Source of the DNA: Alphaproteobacteria bacterium
Lineage (GTDB): Bacteria; Pseudomonadota; Alphaproteobacteria; Rickettsiales; SXRF01
Assembly: GCA_020049775.1 (NCBI GenBank)
Contig: JAGVLO010000004.1
Coordinates: forward strand, 139,385-203,384
Length of the DNA: 64,000 bases
Direction of reading: 5' to 3'
The notes beneath the pieces are model-generated. The model was not told the origin of the DNA. It searched no databases and saw nothing but the letters and a program-made list of their open reading frames with translations. Below, in pieces: positions 27,535 through 37,347 of this stretch. The position numbers and the translations under genes are program-made. Position 1 is the first letter of the stretch, and the number at the start of each line of letters is the position of its first letter.

Positions 27535-28902
27535 GTGATGAAAAACGTCCTTAATTCTATCTTCCTCCTTGGCTTTTTCGCCGTGGCATATTTCATTATG
27601 CACGAAGCGGTATTTGCTCAGGAAGCTGCGATTGCCGCAGCAGTAGCAGTTCCCGCCGCCGCCCCTGCGATTGATGCAGGCAGCACCGCGTGGATGCTGG
27701 TCTCCACACTTCTCGTTCTTATGATGACGCTTCCCGGCCTTGCCTTGTTCTACGGCGGCATGGTGCATAAAGAAAGCGTACTTGCCACACTCATGCAAAG
27801 CTTCGTGACCACCACGGTCATTACCATTCTCTGGATGGTCTATGGCTATTCCATGATTTTCACCGAACATAGCGGCTTTATCGGCAGCGCTTCCAAATTC
27901 ATGCTTGACGGTGTGACCAAGGACAGCGTCAACGGCGTGATTCCGGAAAGCGTGTTCATCATGTTCCAGATGACCTTTGCCATTATCACCTGCGCGCTAA
28001 TTTTTGGCTCGGTCGCAAACCGTATCAAATTGTCGGCAGCGATTGTGTTCGTCGCCCTGTGGTTCACACTGGTTTATATTCCGGTTGCACACTGGGTATG
28101 GGGTCCGAAGGGTATGCTCGGCGGCCTTGGCATTGACGGCTACAAGGGCCTGTTCGGTTTTGGCCCGACGCTCGATTTCGCTGGCGACACGGTAGTGCAT
28201 ATCAACGCCGGTATCGCTGGTCTGGTAGCTGCTATGGTGCTTGGCCACCGCAAGGGCTTCGGCAAAGATGAAATGGCGCCCCCGTACAACATCGTTCTCA
28301 GTGTTATCGGTGCGTCACTGCTCTGGGTCGGCTGGTTTGGTTTCAACGCCGGTTCCGCCGTCGCTGCCAATAGCAGCGCAGGTATGGCCATGCTGGTGAC
28401 CCATGTGGCAACTGCTGCCGCGTCACTCACATGGATGTTTATTGAATGGGGTACGCGTGGCAAGCCAAGCGTTATCGGCATCATCTCCGGTGCGGTGGCT
28501 GGTCTTGTAGCCATTACTCCTGCCAGCGGTTTCGTTGACTTTGGCGGAGCGCTCATTATCGGCGTGGCTGGCGGTGCGCTCTGTTTCTGGGCATGCAGCC
28601 TGAAATTCAAGTTCGGCTTTGATGATTCGCTCGACGTGTTCGGCGTGCATTGCGTTGGCGGTATCGTCGGCGCGTTACTCACCGGCCTACTCGCAGTGCC
28701 GGAAGTAGGTGGTATTACCGGCAGTTTCCAGCAGGTGCTTGCACAGGCTGAAGGCGTAATTGTTACTGTCGTCTATTGCGGTGTCGTATCCTTCCTGATT
28801 CTCAAGGCGGTTGACCTCGCCATGGGCCTGCGGGTGGGTGAAGAAGCCGAACATAAAGGCCTTGACCTCACCATTCATGGTGAGAAACTGCACCACGCAT
28901 AA
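27535..28902 (+). CDS. amtB: Ammonium transporter
   Basis: FQMTFAII, DFAGDTVVHINAG, WFGFNAGS and DDSLDVFGVH motifs. Confidence 0.96.
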   Translation: MMKNVLNSIFLLGFFAVAYFIMHEAVFAQEAAIAAAVAVPAAAPAIDAGSTAWMLVSTLLVLMMTLPGLALFYGGMVHKESVLATLMQSFVTTTVITILWMVYGYSMIFTEHSGFIGSASKFMLDGVTKDSVNGVIPESVFIMFQMTFAIITCALIFGSVANRIKLSAAIVFVALWFTLVYIPVAHWVWGPKGMLGGLGIDGYKGLFGFGPTLDFAGDTVVHINAGIAGLVAAMVLGHRKGFGKDEMAPPYNIVLSVIGASLLWVGWFGFNAGSAVAANSSAGMAMLVTHVATAAASLTWMFIEWGTRGKPSVIGIISGAVAGLVAITPASGFVDFGGALIIGVAGGALCFWACSLKFKFGFDDSLDVFGVHCVGGIVGALLTGLLAVPEVGGITGSFQQVLAQAEGVIVTVVYCGVVSFLILKAVDLAMGLRVGEEAEHKGLDLTIHGEKLHHA

Positions 28903-28926
28903 AAAAAGCTAAGCAAGCGTAACAGG

Positions 28927-28958
28927 AAACGGCCTCGGGTAACTCCGGGGCCGTTTTT
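28927..28958 (+). terminator. Intrinsic terminator of amtB
   Basis: AAACGGCCTCGG-loop-CCGGGGCCGTTT followed by TTGTTT. Confidence 0.8.
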
Positions 28959-29011
28959 GTTTATAGTGGTTTGATATATATAAGTAAAAATAAGCATTGC
29001 TATGGTTAATT

Positions 29012-29047
29012 GTAAATGATAATCATTATCAAGTGATAATCATTCTT
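29012..29047. promoter_or_regulatory. Tandem Fur-family boxes
   Basis: GTAAATGATAATCATTATC matches the consensus GATAATGATAATCATTATC at 17/19 positions; the overlapping TCAAGTGATAATCATTCTT matches at 13/19. Confidence 0.75.
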
Positions 29048-29067
29048 AATCAGGGCAGCCCAGCTAC

Positions 29068-30756
29068 ATGACTTCTCTCCAAACCACTACAGAAAAAGAA
29101 GCTGAAAAGCACGATCATCATGATCACAAGCACGGGCATGATCACAAAGAAAAGCACGAGCATAAAAAGGAAGACAGCGAAGATAAGCGCATGGGGCGCA
29201 ACATCGCCTTTGGCTTACAGCAGACGCTTGCTTGCTGGGCCACTGATTTTATCGATCCACCCATCAGCCGCTGGCTGCAAAATAAATTTGGTAACAAAAG
29301 CCATCCGGTAACACATACCCATGTCTGGGGCGGCGAGATTATCGGTGATACGTCGGCGTTTTTCAGCTTCATTGCCATCAAGCGCTTTTTCAAAAAGCCT
29401 GTGGATGCGGTTATCGGCTGGGTCAAAAGCGCATTCAACGGCTACTTTGACCGCATGGGCAAACGCGCCATCAAAGACTGGGCGGACGCGCACCATGTAA
29501 CCGAAAAGGACGGGCGCTATCAGGAAAAGCTGGAGTCCTACAAACAGTTTCAGGCGGAAAACACGGTGGATTCCGTTATTGTGGCCACCAGCGCTACGCT
29601 CGCGAATGTGGGCATACAGCGCGCGCTTGGCAACAAGCAGGGGCTAGGGCTGATTTTGGTCAGCAAGATTATCGGCGCGGTTATCACCATGGCCACCATG
29701 CTGGGTTTGCGCACAGCATTGCCGACGGCTACCAAAACGCTCGATGACGAGCTGAGCAACCGCTATTTCTCGCCGATGGTTAGGTTTACGCAGCGTATGT
29801 TCGGCGTAAAAAGCAAGCAGTCCTCGGTTGAATTTGAAATAGAAGGCGACGAGCCGCATGATTCACCCGGCGACACTCCGGTTAACGCCAGTATGGTGAA
29901 TGTACGTACCGAGCTGGACAATGCTCCGATTGTGGACAGGCCGCTGGCCGGAGAGCGCAGGCAAGCGCTGCTCGATAGCCTGCAGCGCAATTTCATGGCG
30001 CAGCACGGGCAGGACATTTCCAAGTTCAAGCCGTTCCTTGAAGACCAGAAAAAAATCTTTCAGGCCTTCGTGAAAGTATTGTACCCGCAGGGGCGCTTTG
30101 CGCAGCAGTTGGGTGAGGAGCATTACAAGGCGCTTGTTGAAATACATGGTGAGAGCATGAAAAAAACAGAGTCCGTTCCCACCGAGGAATGGAAAAAAGC
30201 GGCGATGGTTGCCATGCAGAGCATCGTGCTTAACCGCCGCGATGACATGCTAGCAAACCTGAAAATACTCGACGATAAAAACTTCACCCACCAGCTTGAG
30301 CAAAATATCAAGGCAAACAAAAAACTTCCGCCTGCGGATGAATACGCGCTCACGCCCGAAAGAAAAGAGCATTATATCGAATCGCTGGTGCAGACGGATT
30401 CGAAAAGCGGCCACGAGCCTGCCGTGCATATCTATGCCAATGCCAAGGGTCAGCTCATTGAGCATCAGGCGCTGGCAAAGGCGCTTGACGTTAATGGCAA
30501 TATCACCCGTGTGCTGGCAGAAGAGTTGACGAAGTATGTCGGTAAGGACACGACAGCGATCGCAAAAGCCTATATCGACGAGCGCCATGATTTAGCGCAT
30601 TCGGTGGCCGATGTGCTGACCCCCGGCGGTGAGATTGTAAGAGAAGCGGTAAAGCGCAGCGAGCAGGCGCGTATTGCAATGCAGAGTAAAAACAAGAACT
30701 GGCAGGCGCATGTCGCCAGCGAAACACCTGCACATACTGTGGGCATGACTACCTAA
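29068..30756 (+). CDS. Hypothetical protein with His-rich N-terminus, hydrophobic helices and helical C-terminal region
   Basis: 562-aa ORF containing HDHHDHKHGHDHKEKHEH; no family recognised. Confidence 0.8.
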   Translation: MTSLQTTTEKEAEKHDHHDHKHGHDHKEKHEHKKEDSEDKRMGRNIAFGLQQTLACWATDFIDPPISRWLQNKFGNKSHPVTHTHVWGGEIIGDTSAFFSFIAIKRFFKKPVDAVIGWVKSAFNGYFDRMGKRAIKDWADAHHVTEKDGRYQEKLESYKQFQAENTVDSVIVATSATLANVGIQRALGNKQGLGLILVSKIIGAVITMATMLGLRTALPTATKTLDDELSNRYFSPMVRFTQRMFGVKSKQSSVEFEIEGDEPHDSPGDTPVNASMVNVRTELDNAPIVDRPLAGERRQALLDSLQRNFMAQHGQDISKFKPFLEDQKKIFQAFVKVLYPQGRFAQQLGEEHYKALVEIHGESMKKTESVPTEEWKKAAMVAMQSIVLNRRDDMLANLKILDDKNFTHQLEQNIKANKKLPPADEYALTPERKEHYIESLVQTDSKSGHEPAVHIYANAKGQLIEHQALAKALDVNGNITRVLAEELTKYVGKDTTAIAKAYIDERHDLAHSVADVLTPGGEIVREAVKRSEQARIAMQSKNKNWQAHVASETPAHTVGMTT

Positions 30757-30780
30757 CCTTTGTCTTTTCACGGAGGGCAT

Positions 30781-31092
30781 ATGTTATCGCTGATTGCAAG
30801 TTACGGTCCGGAAAACCCGCGCATCGAGGCGGTTGCAGAAAACCGCATCCGCCTGTCATGGATGGGCGAGGCATTGCCAAAAGCGGTGGACGGCATGTGC
30901 ATTACTTATTGCAATGGCGGGATGATGTTTATCGGGCGCATGCAGACACCGGTGCGCTATTGCCACATTGTAGAAAACACCCATGGCCAGCAGGTGATGG
31001 AGCTGCAGATTTCCGCCGCCGCACTGGCGACACTGCGCCAGCCGCAACTTTTTGAAAATATCTTTATAGCCAATGCTCCGGCATTCGCCTGA
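30781..31092 (+). CDS. Small hypothetical protein
   Basis: GGAGGG RBS before the ATG at 30781; starts 24 bp after the upstream gene. Confidence 0.65.
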   Translation: MLSLIASYGPENPRIEAVAENRIRLSWMGEALPKAVDGMCITYCNGGMMFIGRMQTPVRYCHIVENTHGQQVMELQISAAALATLRQPQLFENIFIANAPAFA

Positions 31093-31118
31093 ACATCTCG
31101 TAAGCAGAATACAGGCAT

Positions 31119-31149
31119 AAAAAAACCCCGCTGCCCGAAGGCGGCGAGG
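31119..31149 (-). terminator. Intrinsic terminator (cUUCGg loop) of the BI-1 gene
   Basis: Minus strand reads CCTCGCCGCC-TTCG-GGCAGCGGGG-TTTTTTT; a second UUCG hairpin lies at 31152-31170. Confidence 0.8.
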
Positions 31150-31178
31150 TACAACTCCCGAAGAGCTGTTTATGTGGT

Positions 31179-31916
31179 TCAGTCGCCCTTCTTCTGTCCA
31201 AACAGCCGCAACAGCCGGATGAACAGGTTCAGGATGTCGAGGTACAGCCCGACCGCGCAGTCGATGGCGTTGTTCACGCTGGCCGGAACGAACCGCGCCC
31301 GGTTAACGTCGTAAATGACGTATCCCGAGAACAGAACGACACCGCACCAGTCCCAGAACGTGAGCGCCCCCTTGATCGGGAAGCTCGGGAACAAGTAGCC
31401 CAGCAGCGGAATCGCGAACATCCCCACGAGGAGGATGGTCAGACCGCCGAAGAGATACATGCCCATGCTCTCGAGGTTCTTGGGAACCAGAGCGCCCACC
31501 AGTGCCGTAGCGCCCGTCACTCCGATCGTGATAAGCACGACCTTGGCGACGGAGGCCGCCGTGTACATGGCGACCGTCGGCCCGAGGATCAGACCGAACG
31601 GAAACGCCACCAGTCCGAAGAACGCCCCCAGCTTGATAACCGGGTTGCTGCTCACGATGGACACGATGACGCCGATGATCGTCACCACCAGCACGCCGAT
31701 GAAGACGGCCAGCGGATTCGGTCCCACCCAGTCGAGCTTGCCCGACTCGGTGTTGAGCTGGACCCAGTCCATGGTCAGCACCGACGAGGCCGTCGTGATG
31801 CCCAGCGCGACCATGGTCAGGAATCCGAAGATCGCCATGTGCGCGCTGCGGGACATCTCGTCCGCGCCCTGCCGTTCCCACACGCCGTTGCCGATACTCA
31901 GCGACGACTTACCCAT
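31179..31916 (-). CDS. Bax inhibitor-1/YccA family membrane protein
   Basis: About 7 TM segments; LFSGYVIYD and AVGLYLDILNLFIRLL motifs; AGGAGGT RBS before the ATG at 31916. Confidence 0.9.
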   Translation of the reverse strand: MGKSSLSIGNGVWERQGADEMSRSAHMAIFGFLTMVALGITTASSVLTMDWVQLNTESGKLDWVGPNPLAVFIGVLVVTIIGVIVSIVSSNPVIKLGAFFGLVAFPFGLILGPTVAMYTAASVAKVVLITIGVTGATALVGALVPKNLESMGMYLFGGLTILLVGMFAIPLLGYLFPSFPIKGALTFWDWCGVVLFSGYVIYDVNRARFVPASVNNAIDCAVGLYLDILNLFIRLLRLFGQKKGD

Positions 31917-31919
31917 CAC

Positions 31920-32027
31920 ACACCTCCTAAGGTGCATAGAAGCCTTGTCTAAGGGCTTCAGACGTAAGGATTGCCAGTGCGAAGTTGCACAAGCCAATCC
32001 CATGTTAGCCCGCATTTGCGAAGCTAA
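31920..32027 (-). promoter_or_regulatory. Multi-hairpin 5' leader with RBS-sequestering stem
   Basis: Four inverted repeats at 32005-32027, 31968-32000, 31939-31959 and 31920-31935; the last is GCACCT-TAGG-AGGTGT and covers the SD. Confidence 0.55.
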
Positions 32028-32119
32028 AGATAGACAGGAAGATTCTAAGTTAAAATGAGTTAACCAGCTAGCGCCAATTTGCTACAAAATGATGACAGCT
32101 TGCCATATCAACCAGCTGT

Positions 32120-33334
32120 TTATGCTGATTTTTTGCTGTTCAGCAGGCGTAAGCGCAGGGCATTGAGCTTGATGAATCCGGCGGCGTCCTTTTGGTCGTA
32201 AGCGCCACGGTCGTCTTCAAACGTCACCATTTTTTCGCTGTATAAGCTGAAAGGCGATTTGCGGCCATCAACCGAAACAGAACCCTTGAACAGTTTCAGG
32301 CGCACAGTGCCGGTGACATTTTCCTGCGATGCATCGATGAGCGACTGCAGCATCTTGCGCTCCGGCGACCACCAGTAGCCGTTGTAAATCAGCTCGGCGT
32401 AGCGCGGCATCATCTCGTCTTTCAAATGTCCGGCGCCACGGTCCAGCGTAATGCTTTCAATGCCGCGGTGCGCCGCGAGCAGGATAGTGCCGCCCGGTGT
32501 TTCGTATATCCCGCGCGACTTCATGCCGACATAGCGGTTTTCAACAAGGTCGAGGCGGCCAATGCCGTGCTTGCCGCCGAGTTCATTGAGCTTAGTGAGC
32601 AGGGCCGCGGGCGAAAGTTTTTTGCCGTTAACGGCGACGGCATCGCCGCGCTCGAATTCCACTTCAATAAGCTCCGGTTCATTCGGTGCCTTTTCCGGCG
32701 GTACGCTGCGGGTGAACATGTCTTCGTGCGCTGCGACCCACGGATCCTCCAGCACTTTGCCCTCATAGGAAATATGTAGCATGTTGGCGTCGGTGGAATA
32801 GGGGGCTTCGCCGCGCTTGTCCTTGGCAATCGGAATCTGGTGTTTTTCAGCATACTCAATCAGCTTGGTGCGCGAATTCAAATCCCATTCGCGCCATGGC
32901 GCAATCACTTTTATGTCGGGCTTCAGCGCATAATAACCCAGTTCAAAACGCACCTGGTCATTGCCTTTTCCAGTCGCGCCATGGGCGACTGCATCGGCAC
33001 CTGTTGCGATGGCGATTTCAATCTGGCGTTTGGCAATCAGCGGGCGCGCAATCGAGGTGCCGAGCAGGTAGGTGCCTTCATAGACCGTGTTGGCGCGGAA
33101 CATCGGGAACACAAAATCACGCACGAATTCTTCGCGCAGGTCGTCGATGAAGATTTCCTTCACGCCCGCCATCTGCGCTTTTTTGCGTGCGGGATCGAGT
33201 TCTTCGCCCTGACCCAGATCGGCGGTGAAGGTGACCACTTCGCATTCATAGGTTTCCTGCAGCCAGCGCAGGATAACGGACGTATCAAGGCCGCCGGAGT
33301 AAGCCAACACTACTTTTTTGATTTTCTTGCTCAT
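32120..33334 (-). CDS. argG: Argininosuccinate synthase
   Basis: [23 protein letters not shown] and [10 protein letters not shown] motifs. Confidence 0.97.
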   Translation of the reverse strand: MSKKIKKVVLAYSGGLDTSVILRWLQETYECEVVTFTADLGQGEELDPARKKAQMAGVKEIFIDDLREEFVRDFVFPMFRANTVYEGTYLLGTSIARPLIAKRQIEIAIATGADAVAHGATGKGNDQVRFELGYYALKPDIKVIAPWREWDLNSRTKLIEYAEKHQIPIAKDKRGEAPYSTDANMLHISYEGKVLEDPWVAAHEDMFTRSVPPEKAPNEPELIEVEFERGDAVAVNGKKLSPAALLTKLNELGGKHGIGRLDLVENRYVGMKSRGIYETPGGTILLAAHRGIESITLDRGAGHLKDEMMPRYAELIYNGYWWSPERKMLQSLIDASQENVTGTVRLKLFKGSVSVDGRKSPFSLYSEKMVTFEDDRGAYDQKDAAGFIKLNALRLRLLNSKKSA

Positions 33335-33445
33335 GAGAACCGCTATGAATTTATAAGTTAAACACTAACAAACATTGGGGGGTTAAACAGGAGCGCGACC
33401 ATATAACAACAGTTGAAGTAAGACAAGGATGCGATTATAAAGGAA

Positions 33446-34918
33446 ATGAAAAATCCTATGAGCGAAGTCATCGACATATCCAGCAAAAAAAATGCTGAAA
33501 AAACAGGCCAGTTATCTGGCCTGACGGCGCTTCGCCGCTTGACGGTGGACAGCCTGCTGCGCACATGGAACGAAATCAAGGGTACGGCGCGTAACGTTAT
33601 CTGGTCGGATATCGACCCGTCGCTTCCCAAAAAAGACATGGACTACCTGCTCAAGCAGATGCGCCTGTGTTTGGATACTCCTGGCGGTGAAATTACCGCC
33701 CGCGCCAACACAGCCGAGCTGGGGCGCACCTATTTGGGATTAAATGAAACCGGCCGCGCGCGTTTCCTGAAAATGCTGGCCACCGATTTTGATGTGGATG
33801 AGCGCAAGCTCTCTGACCTGACTTTTGCCTATACACAATCGGACACGGCGCCCGAGCGTTTCAAGCTGGAAATGGAACTGCGGCAGGCGCTGACCAGCCC
33901 GCGCAGCACGATTTTGCGCCAGTTCACGGCCCTGCCTGAAGGCTTTAAATTCCTTGTCAATATGCGTGCCGATTTGCTGCCGCTCATCGGCAAAGACCAA
34001 AAACTCAAAGGTCTCGAATATGATTTGAAAACCATTCTTTCGTCATGGTTCGACGTGGGCCTGCTCGATCTTGTCGAAATCACATGGAATTCGCCCGCCG
34101 CGCTGCTGGAAAAGCTCATCGAGTACGAAGCGGTACACCGCGTTACTTCGTGGGAAGATTTAAAAAATAGGCTGGATGCTGACCGCCGCGTATTTGCCTT
34201 CATCCATAATAAAATGCCGCTCGAGCCACTGATTTTTGTGCATGTGGCGCTGGTGGAAGGCATGAGTGACAATGTGCAGAAGCTGCTCGATACCAAAAGC
34301 CCCGTATTCAATATCGAAAAGGCTGATACCGCCATTTTCTATTCCATTTCCAACGCGCAGAAGGGGCTTGCGGGCATCAGCTTCGGCAATTTCCTTATCA
34401 AGCGTGTGGTGAATGTATTAAGCGCCGAGTTCAAGCAGCTCACTACCTTTGCCACCTTGTCGCCTGTGCCAGGCCTGCGCGCGTGGCTCGACCCGCTGCT
34501 GGTAAAAGATGATGCAAAAATATTGTTGCCGGATGAGATGGCTATTCTCAAAAAAATTAACAAGGATGCCGCATCAGGTGCCGCCCTGCTTTCCATACTG
34601 GATGGCGATTGGGTGAAGGATAAAAAGACAGCCGAATCCATCAAACCGATACTGATGCGGCTATGCGCCCACTACCTCATTGAAGAGAAGAAAAACGGTA
34701 AACCGCTCGACCCCGTGGCCAGTTTTCACCTGTTCAACGGGGCGCGGCTGGAGCGCATGAACTGGCTGGGCGATACTTCGGCAAAAGGGCTAAAACAGTC
34801 GGCAGGTCTGATGGTTAACTACCATTACCGCCTGTCGAAGATCGATGAAAATCATGAGGAATTTGCGACTAATGGAAAAGTGGTTGCCAGCAGGCCGGTC
34901 AGGGGCTACCTTAGGTAA
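33446..34918 (+). CDS. Malonyl-CoA decarboxylase
   Basis: YEAVH, FYSISNAQKGLAGISFGNFLIKRVV, TLSPVPG and DPVASFHLFNGA motifs. Confidence 0.92.
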   Translation: MKNPMSEVIDISSKKNAEKTGQLSGLTALRRLTVDSLLRTWNEIKGTARNVIWSDIDPSLPKKDMDYLLKQMRLCLDTPGGEITARANTAELGRTYLGLNETGRARFLKMLATDFDVDERKLSDLTFAYTQSDTAPERFKLEMELRQALTSPRSTILRQFTALPEGFKFLVNMRADLLPLIGKDQKLKGLEYDLKTILSSWFDVGLLDLVEITWNSPAALLEKLIEYEAVHRVTSWEDLKNRLDADRRVFAFIHNKMPLEPLIFVHVALVEGMSDNVQKLLDTKSPVFNIEKADTAIFYSISNAQKGLAGISFGNFLIKRVVNVLSAEFKQLTTFATLSPVPGLRAWLDPLLVKDDAKILLPDEMAILKKINKDAASGAALLSILDGDWVKDKKTAESIKPILMRLCAHYLIEEKKNGKPLDPVASFHLFNGARLERMNWLGDTSAKGLKQSAGLMVNYHYRLSKIDENHEEFATNGKVVASRPVRGYLR

Positions 34919-34930
34919 ATTCCGAAAAGG

Positions 34931-34986
34931 CAATAATAAGTAATAATAACAATAACAAGACAAAAACAAAACAATAATAAAAAAAG
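34931..34986 (+). promoter_or_regulatory. A-rich (AAN)n tract in hfq leader, putative Hfq-binding site
   Basis: CAATAATAAGTAATAATAACAATAACAAGACAAAAACAAAACAATAATAAAAAAA directly before the RBS. Confidence 0.55.
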
Positions 34987-34994
34987 GATGCCCC

Positions 34995-35270
34995 ATGGCC
35001 AACGAAAAATCACAAAATATTCAGGATGTCTTTCTTAATACCCTCCGCAAGAAGAAAATCCCCGTCACGATCTTCCTCTCCAACGGTGTAAAGCTGCAAG
35101 GCAACATTACCAGCTTCGACAATTTCTCGCTCCTGCTCCGTCGTGGTCCACAGGTGCAGCTGGTGTACAAGCACACCATCGCAACGGTGGTTCCGTCCGC
35201 TTCCGTCGTACTCAGTGACGAAGAAGGCGTAGATGCCCAGCAGATGGCATCGATGGCGGCAGAAGGTTAA
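34995..35270 (+). CDS. hfq: RNA chaperone Hfq
   Basis: [16 protein letters not shown] and QLVYKH motifs; upstream of hflX. Confidence 0.96.
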   Translation: MANEKSQNIQDVFLNTLRKKKIPVTIFLSNGVKLQGNITSFDNFSLLLRRGPQVQLVYKHTIATVVPSASVVLSDEEGVDAQQMASMAAEG

Positions 35271-35291
35271 ACGCATTCTCCTGAGCTTCTC

Positions 35292-36572
35292 ATGAACGAC
35301 GGCAGGCAGCGTGCCTATGTCCTGCACCCGCATTTAAAGCGTCAGGCATCGGCCGCGCGCCACCCTGATTCCTGTCTGGAAGAGGGCATCGGCCTTGCCC
35401 ATGCCATTGATCTTGAAATTGCCGGTGCGGAAATAGTGCCGCTTGCCCAGACAAAGCCCGCCACACTGTTTGGCTCTGGCAAGGTGGAAGAACTCAAAAC
35501 CCGCATCGAAGAGGCGGAGGCCACGCTTGCCATCGTCAACGGTAGCCTGAGTCCCGTGCAGCAACGTAACCTCGAGAAGGAATGGAACTGCAAGGTCATC
35601 GACCGCACGGCGCTTATTCTTGAAATTTTCGGTGCGCGCGCGGCCACGCATGAAGGCAAGCTTCAGGTGGAGCTGGCGGCGCTGGACTACCAGAAAGGCC
35701 GCCTTGTGCGTTCATGGACGCACCTTGAGCGTCAGCGCGGCGGCTTCGGCTTCCTTGGCGGCCCCGGTGAATCGCAGATTGAAATCGACAGGCGCTTAAT
35801 CCGTGACCGCATGGCCAAGCTGCGTAAACAGCTTTCCGAAGTAACGCGTACGCGTGAGCTGCACCGCAAGGTGCGCCGCGAAGTGCCGTATCCCGTGGTG
35901 GCGCTGGTGGGTTATACCAACGCGGGTAAGTCCACGTTGTTTAACCGCCTGACGGGTGCAGCTGTACTTTCCATGGATAAATTATTCGCCACACTCGACC
36001 CCACCATGCGCGGTATGCCGCTGCCTGGCGGCGGCAAGATTATATTGTCCGACACGGTGGGTTTCGTCTCTGACCTTCCCACACAATTGGTGGCCGCTTT
36101 CCGCGCTACGCTGGAAGAAGTGCTGGAAGCCGACATATTGCTGCATGTGCGCGACATCTCGCACCCCGACACTCAGGCGCAGAAGCAGGATGTGGAACAT
36201 GTGCTGCGCAGCTTGTTTGGTAAAGAGGCTTTGCCGGAAAATGTAATCGAGATTTACAACAAGATTGACCGCCTTGATGACGAACGCAAAGCGGCCTTGT
36301 CTGAAACAGGTGCGCTGATGATTTCTGCTATCACGGGTGAGGGCATCGATACGCTGCTGACAATGATAACGCGCGAAATCGAAAAACGCTTTTTCACGCA
36401 GGTGCGCTACAAGTTACCGGTGGATGACGGCAAGGCATTAGCGTGGTTGCACGCACATGGCAAAGTGGTGGAACAAAACGTCGAAGACGAGTATATTCAT
36501 GTAACAGCCCAGCTTTCGGCTGAGAACATACAACGCTTTGAACGTCTGCACTATGTCTGCGCCGCGCACTAG
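35292..36572 (+). CDS. hflX: GTPase HflX
   Basis: GPGESQIE, GYTNAGKSTLFN, LFATLDPT, DTVGF and NKID motifs. Confidence 0.96.
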   Translation: MNDGRQRAYVLHPHLKRQASAARHPDSCLEEGIGLAHAIDLEIAGAEIVPLAQTKPATLFGSGKVEELKTRIEEAEATLAIVNGSLSPVQQRNLEKEWNCKVIDRTALILEIFGARAATHEGKLQVELAALDYQKGRLVRSWTHLERQRGGFGFLGGPGESQIEIDRRLIRDRMAKLRKQLSEVTRTRELHRKVRREVPYPVVALVGYTNAGKSTLFNRLTGAAVLSMDKLFATLDPTMRGMPLPGGGKIILSDTVGFVSDLPTQLVAAFRATLEEVLEADILLHVRDISHPDTQAQKQDVEHVLRSLFGKEALPENVIEIYNKIDRLDDERKAALSETGALMISAITGEGIDTLLTMITREIEKRFFTQVRYKLPVDDGKALAWLHAHGKVVEQNVEDEYIHVTAQLSAENIQRFERLHYVCAAH

Positions 36573-37347
36573 ATTTACCGCAATTCACTCTATCCTGATT
36601 TTTTTGGGCCTGCTCTGCTTGCCCTGTTCACAGGCGCTGGCCATCGGTTCGGTCACCGTGATGGCTGATAACAGCATGAGCCTCGCCATTGCTGAAATCG
36701 CACGGCATTATTCCGCCCGCCACCACATCGTCGTCAATACATCGTTTGCATCGTCGAAAGTGCAGGAAAACCAGATATCAGAAGGCAGCGCCGCCGACGT
36801 GCTGATTACGCCCAAGCAAAAATGGATTGATGATTTAAAAACACGCGGGCTGATTGATGTCTATTCCCCAACGCCCATAGCGCGTAACCATCTTGCGCTG
36901 GTCGGGCCGATTGACAGCGAAATCCGCGTGGCGCCGGATGCAAAAGCATTGCCGACGGCATCGATTATCAATGCCATTGGCGGCGAGCCGGGTTTTGTTG
37001 TCGCGCATCCGGAAACGCTGGTGGAGGGTGGCTACAGCAAGGAGGCGCTGCGTAATCTGGCGGGCGATTACCTCGAGCCATATACGCTCTACATCAAACA
37101 GCTCGACCAGATGTTCTCCATGATTGACAATTATCAGGCATACGGCCTGTTTTTATATTCATCCACCATCAACCGCTCCGGCGTCAAGGTGCTTGGCAAG
37201 CTGCCGGAAAACACCTATACGCCGATACAATATTTTGCAGTAGTGATAGCGGGTGAAAATATGGACGAGGCGCGGCGCTTCCTTGAATATCTCAAATCGC
37301 CCGAGGCAAAAATCATCTTACAGGATAACGGATTTACATTAAATTAA
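36553..37347 (+). CDS. ModA-like ABC transporter substrate-binding protein (divergent)
   Basis: Signal peptide; [25 protein letters not shown] and PIQY...A..FLEYLKS motifs. Confidence 0.7.
   Translation: MSAPRTRFTAIHSILIFLGLLCLPCSQALAIGSVTVMADNSMSLAIAEIARHYSARHHIVVNTSFASSKVQENQISEGSAADVLITPKQKWIDDLKTRGLIDVYSPTPIARNHLALVGPIDSEIRVAPDAKALPTASIINAIGGEPGFVVAHPETLVEGGYSKEALRNLAGDYLEPYTLYIKQLDQMFSMIDNYQAYGLFLYSSTINRSGVKVLGKLPENTYTPIQYFAVVIAGENMDEARRFLEYLKSPEAKIILQDNGFTLN

Noticed and set aside
32050-32064. CtrA-like site TTAA-N6-TTAAC (also half-sites near 29002 and 61319)
   Set aside because: Wrong spacing or half-sites only, in AT-rich intergenic DNA
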